This document shows, piece after piece, positions 14,871 through 20,000 of a DNA stretch of 20,000 nt (within the stretch, counting starts at the first letter, position 1; each line of letters opens with the position of its first letter). Source of the stretch: an uncultured virus (IMG/VR IMGVR_UViG_3300025889_000096) (lineage: Duplodnaviria; Heunggongvirae; Uroviricota; Caudoviricetes); IMG/VR virus record IMGVR_UViG_3300025889_000096; one strand, given 5' to 3'. The notes under the pieces are model-generated. The model saw only the letters and a program-made list of their open reading frames with translations, was not told where the DNA came from and did no database searches. Both the position numbers and the translations under genes were made by a program.

Positions 14871-15286
14871 TTTTTAACAGTAGGTGCTTGTTGAATATCA
14901 AAAGTAGGTACAGGAGCACCACCATTACTGGGCACCATATAAACAGTACGATTGGTGTTTTCCTCACCTTGAGTAATCCACAGATACTGAAGATAAGCAG
15001 GATTACCTTTCAAACTATCACCGATGATTTGGTTTGCTTGTGCAACACCACGAGCACGAATCACCTCTGCTTCAGCAAGTTGTTGTGCTGAGTCTTTCTT
15101 TGCTTGTGCTTCCAGAACTGCTACCTGACGAGTGTATTCTGCCTTCTGCAGTTCTGCTTTACCAGCAAGAGATTGCTGCCACACATTATACTGTGGACCA
15201 CCAATAAAGAGGAGACCACCAATCACAACAGCACCACCAATAAACAGAATAATAGCAGGGTCAATATATCCGTTTTGTTTAGTCAT
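14867..15286 (-). CDS. membrane-anchored coiled-coil protein, SPFH/band-7 C-terminal-like
   Basis: N-terminal TM; Ala/Glu/Gln-rich coil (AEAEVIRARGVAQANQII); YLQYLWI. Confidence 0.65.
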   Translation of the reverse strand: MTKQNGYIDPAIILFIGGAVVIGGLLFIGGPQYNVWQQSLAGKAELQKAEYTRQVAVLEAQAKKDSAQQLAEAEVIRARGVAQANQIIGDSLKGNPAYLQYLWITQGEENTNRTVYMVPSNGGAPVPTFDIQQAPTVKK

Positions 15287-15405
15287 TTGTCACCTTCAAT
15301 AGTAGATTTAAGCAGTTCATTCATTGTGCGACGAGCACGATAGTTTTGGATAATGTCCATTACACAATACCCAAAGGCAAATCCTGCCATAATTGTAGTA
15401 ATCAC
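15283..15405 (-). CDS. 40 aa hydrophobic peptide (GTG start)
   Basis: read manually; GTGA and ATGA overlaps. Confidence 0.6.
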   Translation of the reverse strand: MITTIMAGFAFGYCVMDIIQNYRARRTMNELLKSTIEGDK

Positions 15406-15593
15406 TTGGAAGAACCTCCAGTGGGTTTGAAAATAAGATTAGCAAGAAGCACAATAGCAAAATTTTGCCAGATGGTCAAAGAGACATTGAACCAAGACAA
15501 AATCAGTCCAAGAAGTGCTGCTTCAAAAAATAGAGCAGCAACAGCAAGAACAATCACACCAAAAGTGAGACCAAGAGCAGTAGAAGTTTTCAT
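15402..15593 (-). CDS. two-TM small membrane protein
   Basis: 63 aa, largely hydrophobic. Confidence 0.75.
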   Translation of the reverse strand: MKTSTALGLTFGVIVLAVAALFFEAALLGLILSWFNVSLTIWQNFAIVLLANLIFKPTGGSSK

Positions 15594-15596
15594 AAA

Positions 15597-16016
15597 TCAG
15601 ACGTGAAGGGCAGCAGAAGGAATTTCAACGACTTCGGGATATTTGTTCCCAAACTCATTACGATTATAGCACACCCACTCACCGTTCAGAGTGTAGAGAT
15701 ATGCGTACTCTTCACCATCAGCAAGATAATCATACTTGTTAGAATCAAACCGAGGAGGAGAATCTTCACCACGATAAGAGTAATAGTTGGGACCATATTC
15801 TTCCCTATGACGGTCTAGCAAATCATTAGACCAACGTTCGTTAGTCCAGCAGGAACTCATATCCCCACCATCAATCAGTTCAGAAACTTTCTCTTTGGTG
15901 TTGTAGTGAGTGTTGAGAATACGACCCAACCATTCAGGATAACCGTCCCAGTGATGATAGGCAGAAAGAATACTGCCATCAGCGAGTTCAATACCGATTC
16001 GGGAGCGGGTTGCCAT
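15597..16016 (-). CDS. conserved hypothetical phage protein (MATRSRIG...YHHWDGYP...EEYAYLY family)
   Basis: 139 aa; first gene after R11. Confidence 0.85.
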   Translation of the reverse strand: MATRSRIGIELADGSILSAYHHWDGYPEWLGRILNTHYNTKEKVSELIDGGDMSSCWTNERWSNDLLDRHREEYGPNYYSYRGEDSPPRFDSNKYDYLADGEEYAYLYTLNGEWVCYNRNEFGNKYPEVVEIPSAALHV

Positions 16017-16028
16017 TTGTTCGTTGCT

Positions 16029-16066
16029 TACATTACTAGGACACTTTCAAGGTGAGTAACTTTAAT
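16029..16066 (-). repeat. 38-bp element R11 (variant)
   Basis: tacattactaggacactttcaaggtgagtaactttaat. Confidence 0.95.
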
Positions 16067-16109
16067 AGACAGCAATTAGTTCGCTTGCTTTCTTCCGACT
16101 GCCACCTTT

Positions 16110-16310
16110 CTAATTGCCCATCTCTCGCAAACTTCTTACCATATATTCGGAAAACTTTTCCATCTTTTCGGGAGTAAGTGCTTGTGGTCTTTGACTGATT
16201 ACTTTTCTGAGTGCATCCATTTCCTTCCACTCATCTTCAGTTAGTTTTTCTTGTTTTCTGGATGAAAGGGTCATGCGTTTGCTCCCATGTTTATGAGCAT
16301 ATCCTAACAC
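16110..16310 (-). CDS. hypothetical protein (probable start at MTLSSRKQ, 16274)
   Basis: ORF with a TAAATA late-promoter-like site at 16311-16316. Confidence 0.65.
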   Translation of the reverse strand: MLGYAHKHGSKRMTLSSRKQEKLTEDEWKEMDALRKVISQRPQALTPEKMEKFSEYMVRSLREMGN

Positions 16311-16367
16311 TATTTAAGGGAAATGTTGTGTTTCTTAATATTGTCTTTAGAGTGTGTGTAACAGTTC

Positions 16368-16598
16368 TTAATCTCCATTAAAAAATGGACCAAAATTACC
16401 TCTGCTTCCAGGTTTTCTGTCTTCCAAAAGATCCATAATCTCCTCAAACTTCTTACATTGTTCTATGTCAAGAAGAAGTTGAGAGAGTTGTTTGACAACA
16501 AGTGGTTTTTCATTTGTTGCAGCAGATTTAATTGCAGCACGAAGATGTGACTCTGCTTCTAAAAGATGATCTAGGGTTTGTTTAGATAATGCCATCAA
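16368..16598 (-). CDS. conserved hypothetical phage protein (MALSKQ..D.L.EAES.LR.A...AA.NE.P)
   Basis: 76 aa ORF. Confidence 0.8.
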   Translation of the reverse strand: MMALSKQTLDHLLEAESHLRAAIKSAATNEKPLVVKQLSQLLLDIEQCKKFEEIMDLLEDRKPGSRGNFGPFFNGD

Positions 16599-16786
16599 TA
16601 CTTAACCTCGGGGCTGTTTTCACATTTTTCATAGAAAATCCCATTTTTATAACAGGATTTACCAGGTTCATAATATCTTACCACCTGTGGTTTTGGTGTG
16701 TCAAGAGCACAGTATCCTTGGTTGGATAATGCACTCTCAACACAAAATAATAGAGCAGCAGGAGCAAAAAGTTTAAGAGTATACAT
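16595..16786 (-). CDS. small Cys-containing, possibly exported protein
   Basis: hydrophobic N-terminus; 4 Cys. Confidence 0.65.
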   Translation of the reverse strand: MYTLKLFAPAALLFCVESALSNQGYCALDTPKPQVVRYYEPGKSCYKNGIFYEKCENSPEVKY

Positions 16787-17457
16787 TATACTTTACGCAG
16801 AAGATAAGAACCATCACCTTGATCCACCCATTCTACTTGATCCCCTTCTTTTAGATTTGCTGCTTCAAGCAAATCATCAAGAAACTCAATATAATAATCA
16901 TCCACACCATCAACACTTCCTCGCTGAACAGGAAGACGCCACTTTACAACTTTATCTTTAGGCGGAAGTGGGGTGTATTCATAACCACCTGCTGCTTTGA
17001 TTGCTTCATAATCAGCATCAAGTTGTGCTCGCTTATCATAATACTCTGCCTCACGCAGGTTATATTCACGGCACTTTTCTTTCTCTTGATCTGATGCCGC
17101 TTTGTCGCACATCGCATTCAGTTCTTCTTCGGTATATTGCTCCGATTCCTCCCAAAAATCGTTCCAAGATTTCTGACACTCTGGAGAAGGGTCATCTTTA
17201 TCACAAACTAGATTAGATGTAGTGTTAGAGTCCCAACCATCATAATGTTCTTTAGTAATACTTTCGCCATTACCATTCAGAAGTTCAAGAAGTTCATATG
17301 CTTGTGATGCTTGTTGCTTGTAAACATAATAGTTTTCTTTCACTACACCAACAATCACATCATAGATTTCTTGTGGAGATGCTTCACCAGCAGACGTTGC
17401 ATCGTGCATCCATTCTTCCAGTTTTTCAAGTGAATACTTTTTGTAGTCCATAATCAA
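16786..17457 (-). CDS. acidic protein with C-terminal AbrB/MazE-like swapped-hairpin domain
   Basis: DYYIEFLDDLLEAANLKEGDQVEWVDQGDGSYLLRKV matches the AbrB-like pattern. Confidence 0.7.
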   Translation of the reverse strand: MIMDYKKYSLEKLEEWMHDATSAGEASPQEIYDVIVGVVKENYYVYKQQASQAYELLELLNGNGESITKEHYDGWDSNTTSNLVCDKDDPSPECQKSWNDFWEESEQYTEEELNAMCDKAASDQEKEKCREYNLREAEYYDKRAQLDADYEAIKAAGGYEYTPLPPKDKVVKWRLPVQRGSVDGVDDYYIEFLDDLLEAANLKEGDQVEWVDQGDGSYLLRKV

Positions 17458-17657
17458 TCTCTGGGTTTAGGTTTAGAGCACTCGTTGCAGTAGTACGAGA
17501 ACCCATCGCGGAAGTATTTTACTCTCTGGAAGTGGTCTGTGTCAAGTGGTTTCTCCACTCCACACTTATCACAAATCCTTATCTTTTTTGACGGACTTTC
17601 GAATTCGTTTGAGTTCTTTGAGTTCCATTTTAATATTTTTGTAAGCAGTGTCAGCAT
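17454..17657 (-). CDS. small CxxC...CxxC zinc-ribbon protein (true start uncertain)
   Basis: CDKC...CNEC; N-terminal part overlaps 17569..17748. Confidence 0.6.
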   Translation of the reverse strand: MLTLLTKILKWNSKNSNEFESPSKKIRICDKCGVEKPLDTDHFQRVKYFRDGFSYYCNECSKPKPRD

Positions 17658-17748
17658 CTAACTTTCCTCCCATTTCTAGAGCAATAATGATGTCTACTCG
17701 TGTTCCGAAGTGTGCTAATGCTTTCTCAAAAGAATCCAAATCATACAT
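17569..17748 (-). CDS. 59 aa hypothetical protein (MYDLDSFEKALAHFGTRVDIIIALEMGGKLDADTAYKNIK...)
   Basis: read manually; helical, protein-like composition. Confidence 0.7.
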   Translation of the reverse strand: MYDLDSFEKALAHFGTRVDIIIALEMGGKLDADTAYKNIKMELKELKRIRKSVKKDKDL

Positions 17749-17968
17749 CTTTATTGATCCATTTTTCTACAGTCAGTATATCTATACGAACATCAACTGC
17801 ATCAATAGAGTTCATTATCTCATAGAGAGTATTTGAGGTTTCAATATTCTCTTCTTCTAGTTTTGCAATCCTTTCTTCGAGTTCAACAATTTTTGAATAG
17901 ACATCGTGTTCTTCTACGATTAGTTTTTCAGTAGGAGAAAAATACCACCCAATAAACTTTTTAATCAT
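17741..17968 (-). CDS. coiled-coil hypothetical protein
   Basis: 75 aa ORF. Confidence 0.75.
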   Translation of the reverse strand: MIKKFIGWYFSPTEKLIVEEHDVYSKIVELEERIAKLEEENIETSNTLYEIMNSIDAVDVRIDILTVEKWINKDV

Positions 17969-18102
17969 ACCAAACCAATCTCTTTCAAATATTGTTGATA
18001 ACGCATAAAAGACTGAAGACGAATAGGGACACCTAAACTTTCACAACAACGACAGTAAGATATAAACTCATACCAAGGAGATGTGGGGTCAGTATCACTC
18101 AT
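17965..18102 (-). CDS. 45 aa hypothetical protein (MSDTDPTSPWYEFISYCRCCESLG...)
   Basis: read manually; ATGA overlaps at both ends. Confidence 0.7.
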   Translation of the reverse strand: MSDTDPTSPWYEFISYCRCCESLGVPIRLQSFMRYQQYLKEIGLV

Positions 18103-18272
18103 AGCAATTCTTTCCAAAACTGATCACCTTTTTGAAGTGCTAATACAGCAGTTGTGTGTTCCCTTGCGTGTCGGTCAAGGTCTTTCTCTTCAAAGTAAAG
18201 ATTAGACCTATAGATAGCACAACGGAACACATCAGCCCATAGTTGTTGATTAGGCGTCAGTCTCAGTTTCAT
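18099..18272 (-). CDS. hypothetical protein (MKLRLTPNQQLW...)
   Basis: ORF-track 18099..18326; internal ATG preferred. Confidence 0.7.
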   Translation of the reverse strand: MKLRLTPNQQLWADVFRCAIYRSNLYFEEKDLDRHAREHTTAVLALQKGDQFWKELL

Positions 18273-18468
18273 TTTTATTAAATCCAAACTTGATTTTTTC
18301 TTCCTCAATACGGTTCTTTTGAGCAAGGCCGCAAACAGTTTCCATCACTTTAAGTGTGTCTTCTGTTGTGGCATTGGCAGGCATACGGTTGCGTACAATA
18401 TCAAACAGAGGAAAGAATTGCTCTGCTGCTTTTTGTACTTCGTCAGGAGTTAGTGGTTTTGGGTTCAT
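18250..18468 (-). CDS. hypothetical phage protein
   Basis: 72 aa ORF. Confidence 0.75.
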   Translation of the reverse strand: MNPKPLTPDEVQKAAEQFFPLFDIVRNRMPANATTEDTLKVMETVCGLAQKNRIEEEKIKFGFNKNETETDA

Positions 18469-18619
18469 TGGGTTTAATTAAATCGGGGTGTGGTGCATAA
18501 AGTGGTCCTTCATAGTTTCCAGCAAACTTTGAAAGTTCTTGAACTGCTTTTACAGTTTCGGGAGTTTCTTCCCAACTCCAACTATTTCCATTCTTGTCAA
18601 CAAATGTGCGAGTTGTCAT
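18443..18619 (-). CDS. 58 aa hypothetical protein (MTTRTFVDKNGNSWSWEET...)
   Basis: read manually; coupled to 18616..18822. Confidence 0.65.
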   Translation of the reverse strand: MTTRTFVDKNGNSWSWEETPETVKAVQELSKFAGNYEGPLYAPHPDLIKPNEPKTTNS

Positions 18620-18822
18620 AGTTTATAATTATCCTTTGTAGAATATGTTTTAGTTTCTTCAAATCCATCTTGAAGACACTTGAGATACCAACGAGTAGCA
18701 GTTACACACTGGTTTTCGTTGAGTGAGGTAATAATACCCTTTCCATCTGGGTAATGAGACTGCCAAGTTCCCCATCTTTTTTGCTCCACATAGAAGCAAT
18801 CATCATATAGTTTTTTTTCCAT
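18616..18822 (-). CDS. hypothetical phage protein
   Basis: 68 aa ORF. Confidence 0.75.
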   Translation of the reverse strand: MEKKLYDDCFYVEQKRWGTWQSHYPDGKGIITSLNENQCVTATRWYLKCLQDGFEETKTYSTKDNYKL

Positions 18823-19120
18823 GATTCAATAATGAGAGTTGTCGTTCAATTTCATACTTGATTGGAAAAAGATGTGAAGTAAAGAATGCTTCATAGTTAT
18901 TCTCTCTCACAAGATTTCCAATGTTTTCTATCTGTTGCAGAGCAAGAATAAGATTAATTTTGGATGTCATGCTTTATTCCCATCAGTTTTCCGTAGATTT
19001 TGGCATAGAACATTTGAATGGATTTATCACCAGTATCTTTAATTTCCCTTTTCACAAGTTCCATTAAAGCATCTAGTTCTTCTACCCTCCAATCAGCATC
19101 TATGTTGTGCTCAGTTACTT

Positions 19121-19450
19121 TCATTTTTTGCGTTTTGTAGTGCGAGTAGTGTTTCTAGTGGAATCCACGCAGGTGGTTCGTCCTTTACTTGTACCTGAAC
19201 TTCCTTTACTTTTTGGTTTAGGCTCTTGTTCCACACTTCTCTTACGTTTTTTACTGGTGTCAACGGGTTTTCCATCACGATAATCAATCTTAATAGTTCT
19301 CTTATCCATTTTATACCTTTCCAGATATTTGTCAAGATGTTCCTGACACTCAAACCAACAGACTGTGGTGTTCTTTTTCTCCCCAAACTCCAACCTAAAC
19401 CCAAACTTTTCATAAGGGAATAGTTCTGTGTCAATCATAGTTCCCGACAA
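19121..19450 (-). CDS. hypothetical protein with basic C-terminal tail
   Basis: FPYE.FGFRLE...CWFECQEHLDKYLERY. Confidence 0.75.
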   Translation of the reverse strand: MSGTMIDTELFPYEKFGFRLEFGEKKNTTVCWFECQEHLDKYLERYKMDKRTIKIDYRDGKPVDTSKKRKRSVEQEPKPKSKGSSGTSKGRTTCVDSTRNTTRTTKRKK

Positions 19451-19653
19451 TAAAGAATACCTTGATAGAGGTCTGGTTTGCAGATCAACTCCATTTTAGC
19501 ACCTCCTGCCCCACTTGCAAGGCGAAATAGTGCAACGGTAACGATTACTGATTGGCAAAGGATGACATATAAGAGTATCCTATCTTTGTTTTTTTGGAAG
19601 GGTGCATTGATTTTATCAGACCATTTCCAGTATCTTTGCCAGAAGTTTTTCAT
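19435..19653 (-). CDS. single-TM hypothetical protein
   Basis: 72 aa ORF. Confidence 0.7.
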   Translation of the reverse strand: MKNFWQRYWKWSDKINAPFQKNKDRILLYVILCQSVIVTVALFRLASGAGGAKMELICKPDLYQGILYCREL

Positions 19654-19985
19654 CGTCCAGTTACATCCTCATAGTCCATCAATTTACCACGTCTGAAATG
19701 TAACCGCAATCGAGGCCAATCCTCCCATTTACCTTTCCATTGTTCTGGATAGATTTCAATGTATTTGGTGATGGGGTGAACACGATACTTTCCATGAACT
19801 CCTGTAGGAATCCATTCGTAGTTTAGAAAGAGATGTTTATCATTATATCGTGGATCATCCTTCTCAATAATCTCAAACGTAGAAGTTCCTCTATAATCAC
19901 CAACCCACAAATAACCAGCAGGATCTATCCAAAAGTGGGACATAGTTCCACTATATCCTTCTTCAATATCTTTTGTTTGACACAC
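19650..19985 (-). CDS. conserved hypothetical phage protein; N-terminus probably beyond the window end
   Basis: CQTKDIE...FWIDPAGYLW...HF..GK; frame stays open towards position 20000. Confidence 0.75.
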   Translation of the reverse strand: MCQTKDIEEGYSGTMSHFWIDPAGYLWVGDYRGTSTFEIIEKDDPRYNDKHLFLNYEWIPTGVHGKYRVHPITKYIEIYPEQWKGKWEDWPRLRLHFRRGKLMDYEDVTGR

Positions 19986-20000
19986 TACATTTGTGAATTG

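Noticed and set aside
282..16066. Repeat array as a CRISPR array
   Set aside because: The intervals are 0.4-4.7 kb of intact genes rather than 30-40 nt spacers, the repeat is not palindromic, and no cas gene is visible.
282..16066. Repeats as integron attC sites or Xer/dif sites
   Set aside because: There are no RYYYAAC...GTTRRRY inverted ends, foldable hairpin or dyad arms, and no tyrosine recombinase in the window. The integron comparison is architectural only.
17583..17590. AAAAAAG slippery site in the overlap of 17569..17748 and the zinc-ribbon ORF
   Set aside because: Fusing the two ORFs would need a +1 shift, whereas A_AAA_AAG promotes -1 shifts and is phased in the downstream ORF's frame.
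19111..19434. Alternative-frame 107-aa ORF, similarly 16036..16230, 13734..13940, 9199..9414 and 6413..6616
   Set aside because: Each is nested in or overlaps a better-supported gene on the same strand; 16036..16230 also runs through repeat R11.

Overview
A 20 kb accessory ('early/hyperplastic') region of a large T4-like phage, very probably a cyanophage. The evidence is a CAAD/CurT-like gene, T4-type late promoters (ATAAATA/CTAAATA), capsid-targeting-like N-termini and a GIY-YIG/NUMOD3 homing endonuclease. All credible genes are on the minus strand, and most are small, tightly packed hypotheticals. The main feature is 11 same-orientation copies of a 38-bp element (minus-strand consensus ATTAAAGTTACTCACCTCCAAAGTGTCCTAGTAGTATG). 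These divide 282-16066 into ten modules of 0.4-4.7 kb. The element supplies the in-frame TAA of the upstream gene in 6/11 copies and the ATG of the downstream gene in 5/11. Its geometry suggests a non-sigma70 promoter (-35 to +1) that also marks cassette boundaries. Cargo includes a ligase-fold protein, a CurT/CAAD-like membrane protein, an SF2 helicase, and a three-gene module (PD-(D/E)XK nuclease, DpnI-winged-helix-like/ParB-like fusion, beta-class DNA methyltransferase). There are also putative virion internal proteins, a homing endonuclease with a structured leader and a small-membrane-protein cluster. All family calls come from motif recognition by eye; no searches were run.
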